Shown one piece after another: positions 19,124 through 28,606 of a stretch of 64,000 nt of DNA (its first letter is position 1; each line of letters opens with the position of its first letter). The position numbers and the translations under genes were made by a program. The notes beneath the pieces were generated by a model that did no database searches, was not told the DNA's origin, and saw only the letters and a program-made list of their open reading frames with translations. This stretch comes from an uncultured Oscillospiraceae bacterium (GTDB lineage Bacteria > Bacillota > Clostridia > Oscillospirales > Oscillospiraceae): the NCBI GenBank assembly GCA_900759385.1, contig CAAEUZ010000099.1, positions 2,629-66,628 on the forward strand. Direction: 5' to 3'.

Positions 19124-20143
19124 ATGTCCATTCTCGTTACCGGCGGCGCCGGGTACATCGGCAGCCATACCTGTGTTGAGCTCGTCGAGGCGGGCTATGA
19201 CATCGTTGTCGCCGACAACCTCAGTAATTCCTGCGAGGAAGCCGTCCACCGCGTGGAGCACATTGTCGGCAGGAGCATCCCCTTCGTCAAGGCCGAGCTG
19301 ACTCACGCCGACGAGGTGGAGGAGCTCTTCGAGCGCTTCGGAGACATTGATTCCGTCATCCACTTCGCCGGGCTCAAGGCTGTCGGCGAGAGTGTCGCCA
19401 AGCCGCTGGAGTACTACTACAACAACCTCACCTGCACCCTCGAGGTGCTCAAGGCCATGCGCCGCCACAACGTGAAGAACTTCGTCTTCTCCTCCTCCGC
19501 CACGGTCTACGGCGACCCCGAGCGCGTGCCGATAAGCGAGGACTTCCCCACCGGCGGCACCACCAACCCCTACGGCACCACGAAGCTCTTCCAGGAGCGC
19601 ATACTCATGGACTACTGTGCCGCCGACCCTACGATGAACGTCGCCCTGCTGCGCTACTTCAACCCCATCGGCGCGCACGAGAGCGGACTCATCGGCGAGG
19701 ACCCGCGCGGCATCCCCAACAACCTCGTGCCCTATATCGCCCAGGTGGCCGTCGGCAAGCTTGAGAAGCTGCACGTTTACGGCGACGACTACCCCACCCA
19801 CGACGGCACCGGCGTGCGTGACTACATCCACGTCGTCGACCTCGCCCGCGGCCACGTCGCCGCGCTCAGGAAGCTCGCCCAGAACTGCGGCCTCTTCACC
19901 TGCAACCTCGGCACCGGCAAGGGCTACAGCGTGCTCGACGTGCTGCACGCCTATGAGAAGGCCTGCGGCAAGACCCTGCCCTACGTCATCGACCCGCGCC
20001 GTCCCGGCGACATCGCCGAGTGCTACGCCGACCCCGCGAAGGCCCGCGACGAGCTGGGCTGGGAGGCCAGGTACGGCATCGAAGAGATGTGCGCGAGCTC
20101 CTGGAAGTGGCAGAGCGCCAATCCGAACGGCTACAACGCGTAA
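19124..20143 (+). CDS. galE: UDP-glucose 4-epimerase
   Basis: Begins MSILVTGGAGYIGSH with a YxxxK catalytic motif. 339 aa, typical GalE length. Confidence 0.9.
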   Translation: MSILVTGGAGYIGSHTCVELVEAGYDIVVADNLSNSCEEAVHRVEHIVGRSIPFVKAELTHADEVEELFERFGDIDSVIHFAGLKAVGESVAKPLEYYYNNLTCTLEVLKAMRRHNVKNFVFSSSATVYGDPERVPISEDFPTGGTTNPYGTTKLFQERILMDYCAADPTMNVALLRYFNPIGAHESGLIGEDPRGIPNNLVPYIAQVAVGKLEKLHVYGDDYPTHDGTGVRDYIHVVDLARGHVAALRKLAQNCGLFTCNLGTGKGYSVLDVLHAYEKACGKTLPYVIDPRRPGDIAECYADPAKARDELGWEARYGIEEMCASSWKWQSANPNGYNA

Positions 20144-20254
20144 TCGTCATATAACAACAGACAAAGAGGAATGTCCCGGCGGCATTCCTCTATAATTAAG
20201 CCGTTTGCAGCGGCGCAGATTTATCCAAGCCATTTGATTTAGGGGGATAAGAAT

Positions 20255-21181
20255 ATGAACAAACCTGTTCTTGTCGTTATGGCTGCCGGTATGGGCAGCC
20301 GTTACGGCGGCCTCAAGCAGCTCGACCCCGTGGGGAACCACGGCCAGCTCATTATAGACTACTCGATATACGACGCGCGCCGCGCCGGCTTCGAGACCGT
20401 CGTGTTCGTGATAAAGCGCGAGCTCGAGGAGGCCTTCAAGGCCGGAATCGGCGACCGCCTGAGCAAGGTCATAGACGTGCGCTACGCTTTCCAGGAGCTC
20501 GGCGACCTGCCGGAGGGCTACTCCGTCCCCGACGGGCGCGTGAAGCCCTGGGGCACCTGCCACGCCATACTCGCGGCCAGGGACGTCGTGGACGGACCCT
20601 TCGCCGTGGTCAACGCCGACGACTACTACGGCCCCGAGGGCTTCAGGGAGATATACGACTACCTGGCCGCCAACCCCGACCGCCCCGGCTGCTACGAGTT
20701 CGCCATGGTCGGCTACCGCCTCGGCAACACCGTGACCGAGAACGGCTCCGTGGCGCGCGGCATCTGCGAGGAGGACGAGAACAACTTCCTCGTGCGCGTC
20801 ACCGAGCGCACCCGCATCGAGGCCGAGGGCGCCGACGCGCGCTTCACCGAGGACGGTGGCGAGACCTGGACCCGCCTGAGCGGCGACACCGTTGTCTCCA
20901 TGAACCTCTGGGGCTTCACCAGGAGCTTCATGGACGAGGCCCGCGCCCGCTTCCCCGCCTTCCTGGACAAAACCCTTGCCGAGAACCCGCTCAAGGGCGA
21001 GTACTTCCTCCCCAGTGTCGTCACCCAGCTCCTGGACGAGCACAAGGCCCGCGTGAAAGTCCTGCGCAGCGCGGACAAGTGGTACGGCGTGACCTACCGT
21101 GAGGACAGGCCCGTGGTGCTCAGGGCGATAGCCGACATGACCGCGTCCGGGCTGTACCCCGACAATCTCTGGGAGGTATGA
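20255..21181 (+). CDS. Sugar-1-phosphate nucleotidyltransferase (NTP_transferase fold; candidate UDP-HexNAc pyrophosphorylase)
   Basis: N-terminal MAAGMGSRYGG..K nucleotide-binding signature. 308 aa with no left-handed beta-helix extension. Translationally coupled to nahK (ATGA). Confidence 0.65.
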   Translation: MNKPVLVVMAAGMGSRYGGLKQLDPVGNHGQLIIDYSIYDARRAGFETVVFVIKRELEEAFKAGIGDRLSKVIDVRYAFQELGDLPEGYSVPDGRVKPWGTCHAILAARDVVDGPFAVVNADDYYGPEGFREIYDYLAANPDRPGCYEFAMVGYRLGNTVTENGSVARGICEEDENNFLVRVTERTRIEAEGADARFTEDGGETWTRLSGDTVVSMNLWGFTRSFMDEARARFPAFLDKTLAENPLKGEYFLPSVVTQLLDEHKARVKVLRSADKWYGVTYREDRPVVLRAIADMTASGLYPDNLWEV

Positions 21182-22299
21182 GCATGTCCAAAGCAGAACA
21201 GTATCTGAACGAGGCCCTGGCCGCCTGGGACTTCGGCGGCGAGCTCGTGGGCGCGGTGCGCTACGGCCATGGGCACATCAACGACACCTTCTGCGTCCAC
21301 ACCCAGCCGGGTGAGGACCCCTGCCGCCGGTTCATACTCCAGCGCCTGAGCTCCGCCGCGTTCAAGCACCCCGAGCAGGTCATGGCCAACATATCCGGCG
21401 TGACCGCATATCTCGGTGAGAGGCTCGCGTCCGAGGGCGGCAACCCCGCGCGGGAGACGCTGACCGTGCTCAGGACCGCCGCCGGCGAGCTCTATTACAC
21501 GGACAGCGAGGGCAGCGTCTGGCGCTGCTACCCCTTCATTGAGGGCACCGTGTGCCTGCAGAATGCGGAGACACCCGAGCTTTTCGCGGCGTCCGGCCGC
21601 GCCTTCGGCCGCTTCCAGCGCGAGCTGAGCGGATACGACGCCGGCACGCTCTACGAGACCATACCGCGCTTCCATGACACCGAGGACCGCCTGGCCAAGC
21701 TCCGCGCCGCCGTGGCCGCCGACTCCGTTGGCCGCGTGGCAGAGGTGGGCCCCGAGCTGGAATTCGTCGAGGCCCGCGCCGCCGACTGCTCCGTCGCGCT
21801 CGAGGCACTGCGAGCGGGCAAGCTGCCGCTGCGCGTCACGCACAACGACACCAAGCTCAATAACGTGCTCATAGACCGCGCCAGCGGCGAGGGCATCTGC
21901 GTCATAGACCTGGACACCGTCATGCCCGGCCTTTCAATAAACGACTTCGGCGACTCCATCCGCTTCGGCGCCAACGACAACGAGGAGGACGAGCCGGACC
22001 AGAGCAAGGTCCACTTCAACCTCGGGCTCTACGAGGTCTACACCCGCGCCTTCCTGGAGGGCGCAGGCGGCGCGCTGACGGACGCCGAGCTTGATTACCT
22101 CCCCTGGGGCGCAAAGCTGATGACGCTCGAGTGCGGCATACGCTTCCTCACCGACTACCTCGAGGGAGACCACTACTTCCACATCCAGCGCCCGCAGCAG
22201 AACCTCGACCGCGCGCGCACCCAGTTCACGCTGGTGAAGGGCATGGAAGACAGCTGGGACGAGATGCGCGCCATAGTAGACAAGTACCGAACCAAATAA
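21178..22299 (+). CDS. nahK: N-acetylhexosamine 1-kinase (APH-fold kinase)
   Basis: Blocks shared with characterised NahK: RVTHNDTKLNNVLID, IDLDTVMPG, DFGDSIRFGAN, LTDYLEGDHYF. Confidence 0.8.
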   Translation: MSMSKAEQYLNEALAAWDFGGELVGAVRYGHGHINDTFCVHTQPGEDPCRRFILQRLSSAAFKHPEQVMANISGVTAYLGERLASEGGNPARETLTVLRTAAGELYYTDSEGSVWRCYPFIEGTVCLQNAETPELFAASGRAFGRFQRELSGYDAGTLYETIPRFHDTEDRLAKLRAAVAADSVGRVAEVGPELEFVEARAADCSVALEALRAGKLPLRVTHNDTKLNNVLIDRASGEGICVIDLDTVMPGLSINDFGDSIRFGANDNEEDEPDQSKVHFNLGLYEVYTRAFLEGAGGALTDAELDYLPWGAKLMTLECGIRFLTDYLEGDHYFHIQRPQQNLDRARTQFTLVKGMEDSWDEMRAIVDKYRTK

Positions 22300-22447
22300 C
22301 GCCGGCACACCCTGCGTCTGGCAGATAAATTACAAAGCGGTTCCTGAAATTCGGGAGCCGCTTTATATTGTAAAGCAAGGAGGCCGGTTGCCCGGCCTCC
22401 TGTTTGCACACAAAGGCTCCCCAGATTCTTCCGGGGAGCCTTGACTT

Positions 22448-24877
22448 TTAACCTATCGCCTCAACAAACCGCATCAGCATGGCCGCGCACTGCGCGCGGG
22501 TGGCGGTGTTTGCGGGCAGGAGCGCGTCGTCGCTCACGCCGGTGATGACGCCGTTGTTCAGCGCCCAGCTCATCGCGTCAAACGCCCATATGCTCACGGT
22601 CTCTCCGTCGTCAAAGACGCCCACGCCGCTGCCGTCGGTCTCCGGCTCACCCGCGTAGCGGTAGAGCATGGTGGCGAGCTGCTCGCGGGTGACGTAATCG
22701 GTCGCGTTCTCGCCGTCGCTCACGCCCTCGGCCACCGCCCACTCGCGAGCGGTCTCAATCCAGCCGTCGCCGGTGACTGTCTCGCCGTCAACGCGGGCGA
22801 GGATAGCCCACACCATCGCGCGGGTCATCGTGCCGTCTGGGTCAAACAGCGTGTCGCTCACGCCGTCCATCAGGCCGCCCACGTAGACGTAGCCGACCGC
22901 GTCATAGTACCACGCACCGGCGCTTACGTCGGTGAAGGGCAGCGCTGCGCCGTCGGTGAAGTACACGCGCACGGTGACGTCGTGGTTCGGCATGGTGAAC
23001 GTCGTGCCGTCGATGCGCTCGCCGTCCACGGTGATGTAGTCAAGCTCATAGCCCGCGTCGGGCGTGGCGGTGACGGTGATGGTGCTGCCAGCCGAAGCGT
23101 TCGTGAGGCTCAGCTTCGCCTCGCCGCCCTCGCCGACAATGAGGTCTATGTCGTAGGTGTCGGGGATATTGACGACGGGGCTGAACACGGCGCGGACGGT
23201 CACATTCTCGGCGGGCATGGTGAAGCTGTTGCCGCTGATGGTCACATCGCCCTCAACGACCTCCCAGCGCGAGAAGCGCCAGCCGTTGTCGGGGTCGGCG
23301 GTGAGGGTGACGGTCGTACCCGCCTCGGCGGTGGCCGGAGACGCGGACGCGCTGCCCTTGCCGTCGGTCAACACGGTGACGGTGTACTCAGCGGGCTTGA
23401 CCGTCACCTTGCAGGTGGCGGATTTCCCGCTGCCGTCCGCCGCCGTGGCGGTGATGGTGGCCTCGCCTGCGGCCTTGGCGGTGACTTTACCGTTGGTGTC
23501 CACGGTGGCAACGGCCTCGTCACTGCTGCTCCAATTCACGGCCTTGTTGGTGGCATCTTCAGGCTGCACCGTGGCGGTCAGGGTTGCGCTGCCACCGGTG
23601 TATAGGGCAAGTTCGGACTTGTTCAGTGTTACGCTGTTGACAAGAACCGGGGCGGGATTGATCGTCAGTGTAAACTCCTTGCTGTCGCTGCCGCTGTCTT
23701 TGTTGGTTGCGGTCACGGTAAAGGTAGAAGAACCCACTGCGCTGGGGGTACCAGTGATTGTGCCGTCACTGTTCAGCGTCAGACCGTCGGGCAGGGTACC
23801 GTTGGTGACGCTCCAACTCGTAGGATTATTGTCCGCCGCAAGGGGCTGGTTGTATGCGGTGTTCACCGTGCCTTCGGACAGGCTCGTGGTGGTGATCTTC
23901 GGCGGCGCATTAGTAATGTTTCCCGTCAAGGTGCCGCCTTCTTCGGTGGTCACGGTGCCGTTGTTGGTCAAAGTCTTTCCATCCGGGACGGTCAGGCTGG
24001 CGTCCTTTCCGATGGTCAGGGTTTCGTCCGTACCGATCTCCAAGTCCTCCTGCAAGGTCACATTGCCGTAGACGGTGCCGCTATTGCCGTTAAAAACGAT
24101 ACCTCCGCTTTCACCATCTGCTCCAATCTGAAAGCTATCGGGAAATCCATTTATAATCCCCCCTGTTTTGCCTTCCGTATCCACCATGGCGTTGCCACTG
24201 ACGGTCAGGCTGGAAGGACCACTGGTATAGAGCCGCATAAAGTAAATTCCTACAACTGAATCGCTGACGGTCAGATTTCCGTCATTTATCGTAGCAGTAC
24301 TTTTGCATGCGTCACCAGCGGCTAACTGAACTCCGTAATATTGCACATTTGAAATCGTAACATCCGCACTGTTGATACCCAGGTTCACATTCTTTGAACC
24401 AATAAGCACAATTCCCGAGTCATTGCTAACATTCTTGACTTCTAGGCTGCCAGGACCTGAGATAGACAAGGAGGCATCGCCAGCCTTGGACACCACACGA
24501 ATTCCGCCGGTTCCCGTTATGTTACTCGTTCCTTGGGATACTACTATTGTGAGAGAAACATCAGCAGACTGACTAAAAGCGATCACACTACCGGGATATG
24601 TGAAACCTCCTCCAACAGTCACATCTTGATAGTTAACAATCTTCGCCTCATTCAGCGTAAGGGTGGCAGTGGCGGCGTCATAGGAAAACTGACCATTGGC
24701 AGGTTCCGTACCGTCAACTTTTGTCCAAGTTCCATTTTGGTTTTCATAGCAGCCGCTTTCTGTGATTTTCTGACCGCCTACATACAGCTCAATTTCTCCC
24801 GCCGCCAGCGCCGTGACGGGCAGCAGGCACAGGCACAGGGCAAGAGCCATGCACAGGCTTAAAACTTTCTTCCGCAT
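22448..24877 (-). CDS. SLH-anchored S-layer/adhesin-like surface protein with beta-helix-like N-domain, He_PIG-like, Big_2 and InlB-type B-repeat domains
   Basis: Signal peptide and a strong GGAAGGAGA RBS. Big_2-like block (VNSVTLNKSEL...ATCKVTV), two repeat copies (YTVTV..FSRWEV / TYDIDL..YITVDG), and three C-terminal SLH repeats. Confidence 0.8.
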   Translation of the reverse strand: MRKKVLSLCMALALCLCLLPVTALAAGEIELYVGGQKITESGCYENQNGTWTKVDGTEPANGQFSYDAATATLTLNEAKIVNYQDVTVGGGFTYPGSVIAFSQSADVSLTIVVSQGTSNITGTGGIRVVSKAGDASLSISGPGSLEVKNVSNDSGIVLIGSKNVNLGINSADVTISNVQYYGVQLAAGDACKSTATINDGNLTVSDSVVGIYFMRLYTSGPSSLTVSGNAMVDTEGKTGGIINGFPDSFQIGADGESGGIVFNGNSGTVYGNVTLQEDLEIGTDETLTIGKDASLTVPDGKTLTNNGTVTTEEGGTLTGNITNAPPKITTTSLSEGTVNTAYNQPLAADNNPTSWSVTNGTLPDGLTLNSDGTITGTPSAVGSSTFTVTATNKDSGSDSKEFTLTINPAPVLVNSVTLNKSELALYTGGSATLTATVQPEDATNKAVNWSSSDEAVATVDTNGKVTAKAAGEATITATAADGSGKSATCKVTVKPAEYTVTVLTDGKGSASASPATAEAGTTVTLTADPDNGWRFSRWEVVEGDVTISGNSFTMPAENVTVRAVFSPVVNIPDTYDIDLIVGEGGEAKLSLTNASAGSTITVTATPDAGYELDYITVDGERIDGTTFTMPNHDVTVRVYFTDGAALPFTDVSAGAWYYDAVGYVYVGGLMDGVSDTLFDPDGTMTRAMVWAILARVDGETVTGDGWIETAREWAVAEGVSDGENATDYVTREQLATMLYRYAGEPETDGSGVGVFDDGETVSIWAFDAMSWALNNGVITGVSDDALLPANTATRAQCAAMLMRFVEAIG

Positions 24878-24878
24878 T

Positions 24879-25118
24879 TCAATCGGTCTCCTTCCGGTGG
24901 TATGCCGCCGCGCCCAGAGCGAACCCGGCGGCCAGGGCGGCCAGGACGAGCGCGGCGGCGTACACGCGCGTCTGCCGCTGCCGCTCCTTTGCCCGCACCC
25001 GCTCCTTTACGAGCGCCACGCGCGTTTCAGTGCTGTACACGCAGCCGCCCCCTTTCCGATGGAACGCAAAAAGGCGCGCCGCACCCACGGCTGAACCGTG
25101 GACGCAGCGCGCCCGCAT
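24879..25118 (-). CDS. Possible small membrane protein (79 aa, C-terminal TM helix) directly upstream of the S-layer gene; coding status uncertain
   Basis: ORF with a hydrophobic C-terminus and no convincing RBS. Its stop lies immediately upstream (1 nt) of the downstream gene's ATG. Confidence 0.3.
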   Translation of the reverse strand: MRARCVHGSAVGAARLFAFHRKGGGCVYSTETRVALVKERVRAKERQRQTRVYAAALVLAALAAGFALGAAAYHRKETD

Positions 25119-25167
25119 TTATAGCGTTATTATGCAGCTTTACGCAGCAGAAAAGGACAGACTTATC

Positions 25168-25238
<71 letters not shown>

Positions 25239-25381
25239 GAGGGTTTTTGTAAATTCTCATGCCCCGCCCTCCTCATTCTTCGCGGCCAAACCGCTTGTAT
25301 CCATTATATATGACTTTTCCCAACCTGGCAAGAGGGAGAAACCTGCATATCCGGGCACTCCGCCAAGCGGTGTTCAGAGCC

Positions 25382-26272
25382 CTAAAACACCAGTGACTCA
25401 GGGCCTGACGACTGACTTATACTCAGTATATGATTTAGTACGCTGGATGCGGATTCAGACAGGCTGCGGTTTCCCGGCCAGCTGATATACACTGCACGTT
25501 TTGACAGGGGATCGTCTACATATACGAAAGACAGCAGCTGGTTGTCCACCGGCATCTTTGTAATAAGCGCGATGCCTTTGCCGAGATAAACATCTGTTGC
25601 CAGTGTGGGATAATCCTGAGAATACACAATTTTGGGGGTTATATCATGCTGCTTGAACATGTTTTTTACATGCAGGTCCATATATGAATTTGGTGCGACC
25701 ATGCATATTGTTTCGTCGCGCAGCTCTTCAATGGTAATACTGCTTCTAAAAGCATATTTGCTCGATGACGGAACAAGGAGCATGATTTGCTGATAAGCTA
25801 TTTTCTCTGACAGGCAGCCTTCTTCCTGCGTGTCATTTGTGGTTATAACGAGATCATACTCGCCATTGCGAAGCATCGGGAAAAAATCCACATAAGTCTG
25901 GCGAACATCCAGAACAACATTCACATTTTCAAGATTAAAGCCCTTTAGGAACCACGGAGTTAAATTATGGGTGGTGTTTACAAAGCAGCCTATGTGAACT
26001 TCCCCATTTTCTCCGCTTTTCCTTAACAGTTCAAAGCCGCTGTCAATAGCGTCCAAACCTTTTTGCACGTAAGGATACAGCGTTTTCCCGTATGATGTCA
26101 ACTCAATGTTTCTCTTTCCGTGCCGAATAAAAAGTGGCAAATTAAGCTCGCTCTCCAAATCCTTGATAGCAGAGCTGACGCTTGACTGAGCAACAAACAG
26201 ATTGCGAGCGGCCTCTGTAAAGTTCATGGTTTTGGCAATTTCGCAAAAGTAACGCAGCTGCATTAAAGTCAT
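25382..26272 (-). CDS. LysR-family transcriptional regulator
   Basis: N-terminal HTH (MTLMQLRYFCEIAKTMNFTEAARNLFVAQSSVS), an LysR substrate-binding domain and an AGGAGG RBS. Confidence 0.85.
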   Translation of the reverse strand: MTLMQLRYFCEIAKTMNFTEAARNLFVAQSSVSSAIKDLESELNLPLFIRHGKRNIELTSYGKTLYPYVQKGLDAIDSGFELLRKSGENGEVHIGCFVNTTHNLTPWFLKGFNLENVNVVLDVRQTYVDFFPMLRNGEYDLVITTNDTQEEGCLSEKIAYQQIMLLVPSSSKYAFRSSITIEELRDETICMVAPNSYMDLHVKNMFKQHDITPKIVYSQDYPTLATDVYLGKGIALITKMPVDNQLLSFVYVDDPLSKRAVYISWPGNRSLSESASSVLNHILSISQSSGPESLVF

Positions 26273-26288
26273 ATTATAAACAGCCTCC

Positions 26289-26301
26289 TATCAATTTGAT
26301 A
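26289..26301. promoter_or_regulatory. LysR-type T-N11-A box (TATCAATTTGATA) in the lysR upstream region
   Basis: The interrupted palindrome ATCAA-t-TTGAT, flanked by T and A, lies 16 nt upstream of the lysR start codon. Confidence 0.4.
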
Positions 26302-26372
26302 AGAGAATAACATGACAATTTATAAAATGCAAGGGGCGGGGCATTCGTTGCCCCGCCCCGATTCCTGATTGT

Positions 26373-28355
26373 TCAAACTTTACGCATTACTTCGTACGCA
26401 CCGGAAATGGCCGTTCTGATATTCCCTATACCGGTGCCGTCGCCGAGTTCATATACCTCGATGCCGGTTCCGGCAAGTTCATCGGCAAGGGACTTGTTGG
26501 GCTTGAGACCGATAGCAAATATAACATCATCGGCGGGAATTTCCACCTTGTTTCCGGCCTTGTCGGTTACTATGGCGCCGTTATCGGTGACTTCTGTAAG
26601 CATGCAGCCGGTCTTGATTGTTACGTGGTTGTAGTCAAGGAGATCTCTCAGCATATTATCCACGGCCTGCGGAACCGCCATGCCGGCTGAGAGAATATCG
26701 TCGAGAGCTTCAACCAGGGTAACATTTTTCTTTTGATAAGCGGCAAGATCGTATGCGAGCTCGCTGCCCGTCAGGCCGCCGCCGACAACGACGACGTTCT
26801 GCCCAACGCTGCGTTTGCCCATAAGCACATCATAGCACACCGCCGCATTCTTTTTATCGCGCCCGGGAATAGGAGGCACGAAATGTTCCGAGCCTACAGC
26901 AAGAACTGCCACATCGGGCTTGAGCGCTGTTATGTCCTCCGAGGTCATTGCGCAGTTGAGCTCAACATTGACGTTCAGAGCCTTCAGCTGGTTCTTGTAC
27001 CAGTCATTGAGCCTTGCTATTCCGCGCTTGAACGGATGCGCACCGGCCTCAATAAGGTGTCCGCCAAGTTCACCGCTGCGCTCATAAATAGTTACGTCAT
27101 GCCCGCAAACAGCGGCAACACGAGCGGCTTCCATACCGGCAAGGCCGCCGCCGATAACAGCAACCTTTTTGCTGACGGGAGCCTTGCGCAGATCGTAGCT
27201 GTTCTCAAGGAAAACGGCGGGGTTGACGGCGCACATGGGCATGCCGCCGTCAAACAGCGTTGCAGTGCAGTTATGACAGCAAATGCAGGGACGAATGGTT
27301 TCGGGCCGCCCCATGAGAAGCTTCTGCGGGTAGTGCGGCTCTGCCAGAGAGGCGCGGCCGAGCACTATGCCGTCAATCCAGCCCTCAGCCAGGGCCTTTT
27401 CACAGAGATCGGGATCGTCCATTTTACCGGCAAGAAATACGGGGATGGACACAGCCTCTTTTATTGCCTTTGCCAAACCGAGGTTATAGCAGTAGTCCAT
27501 GTAATAAGGAGGATTGGCATAATAGAATCCGTCATAGCATCCGGAATTACAGTTGAGCATGTCCACACCATATTCCTCAAGTTTTTTGACTATTTCAACG
27601 GCCTGCTCGAGTGAACGCCCAAATTCGTTTTCTCCAGTAAGCGAAGCTTTGCCAAAATCAGTCATAAAGTGCTTTATGGAAAAACGAATGCTGACGGGAA
27701 AATCCTTGCCAACGGCTTCTTTGATGCCAACAATCAGCTGCCTGACGAAATTCAGCCGACCATCCAGGTCTCCGCCATATTCGTCCGTGCGATGGTTCAT
27801 GGATGGGGTGGAGAACTGATCCAGCAGGTAGCCCCAGTGCATACCGTGGATTTCAATACCGTCAAAGCCGGAGCTCTTTGCAAGAAGGGCGAGCTTTATA
27901 GACGAATCCACCTTGAGCTGGATTTCCTCCTTGGTCATCGGAACGGTAAGCCTCTGGGGGTCATAGAGGTAGGGTATTTCTGAAGCAGACTTCTGATAAA
28001 GCCGCATGCGTCCGTGCCCCACAGAATCCTGGAAAAAGATTTTGGCGCCGTACTTGTGAATACGATCTGTAAGCTTGATTGCTCCATACCTGAAAGTCTT
28101 TGGGGCGCGAAGCGGGGTCTGTGCGTCGTCAATAGGGTGAGCACCGTTTACTGTGGTCTCGCATTGTGCTGAGCCAAGAGTTATGAGCCCGAAGCCGCCG
28201 CGGGCGCGTTCGGTCAGATAATCAATAAAATTGTCAGAATAGTCTCCATTAGGATTCAGCTGACCGAAGTTGGCACCCATAGGAGATACGGCATATCTGT
28301 TTTTGAGCGTTACGCCGGCAATCTTTATCGGCTTGAATGAATTTTCATACTTCAT
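26373..28355 (-). CDS. NADH:flavin oxidoreductase of the 2-enoate reductase / 2,4-dienoyl-CoA reductase family (OYE TIM-barrel, [4Fe-4S] CxxCxxxC, FAD/NAD-binding domain)
   Basis: 660 aa with an N-terminal OYE-like barrel and the CICCHNC..C cluster motif. C-terminal GGGLAGMEAA and GGGLTGSELA dinucleotide-binding motifs and a GGGAGGA RBS. Confidence 0.8.
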   Translation of the reverse strand: MKYENSFKPIKIAGVTLKNRYAVSPMGANFGQLNPNGDYSDNFIDYLTERARGGFGLITLGSAQCETTVNGAHPIDDAQTPLRAPKTFRYGAIKLTDRIHKYGAKIFFQDSVGHGRMRLYQKSASEIPYLYDPQRLTVPMTKEEIQLKVDSSIKLALLAKSSGFDGIEIHGMHWGYLLDQFSTPSMNHRTDEYGGDLDGRLNFVRQLIVGIKEAVGKDFPVSIRFSIKHFMTDFGKASLTGENEFGRSLEQAVEIVKKLEEYGVDMLNCNSGCYDGFYYANPPYYMDYCYNLGLAKAIKEAVSIPVFLAGKMDDPDLCEKALAEGWIDGIVLGRASLAEPHYPQKLLMGRPETIRPCICCHNCTATLFDGGMPMCAVNPAVFLENSYDLRKAPVSKKVAVIGGGLAGMEAARVAAVCGHDVTIYERSGELGGHLIEAGAHPFKRGIARLNDWYKNQLKALNVNVELNCAMTSEDITALKPDVAVLAVGSEHFVPPIPGRDKKNAAVCYDVLMGKRSVGQNVVVVGGGLTGSELAYDLAAYQKKNVTLVEALDDILSAGMAVPQAVDNMLRDLLDYNHVTIKTGCMLTEVTDNGAIVTDKAGNKVEIPADDVIFAIGLKPNKSLADELAGTGIEVYELGDGTGIGNIRTAISGAYEVMRKV

Positions 28356-28606
28356 TGTATTTCCTCCCGTTATTTATAGTGGCGCAGCTTCATTTATGAG
28401 CTGATACCACTATAATCAGCGGGGTTGCAAATTTCCAATACAGTTATCCGATTGAAAGACAGTGCGTGATTAATTTAACAGCATATCAATGGCTGTTATA
28501 GACGATGCCTATTAATATAACGTGAATCTGTATTTTGCATTAGTGCAGCTTCATGTTAAAATGCAGTCAAAGACAGAGACAAAAGTAATATACAGGAGAG
28601 ATTAAA

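Noticed and set aside
18935-21843. Minus-strand ORFs of 337, 298 and 249 aa overlapping galE, the nucleotidyltransferase and nahK
   Set aside because: Antisense to three genes with unambiguous motifs, and not supported by operon structure.
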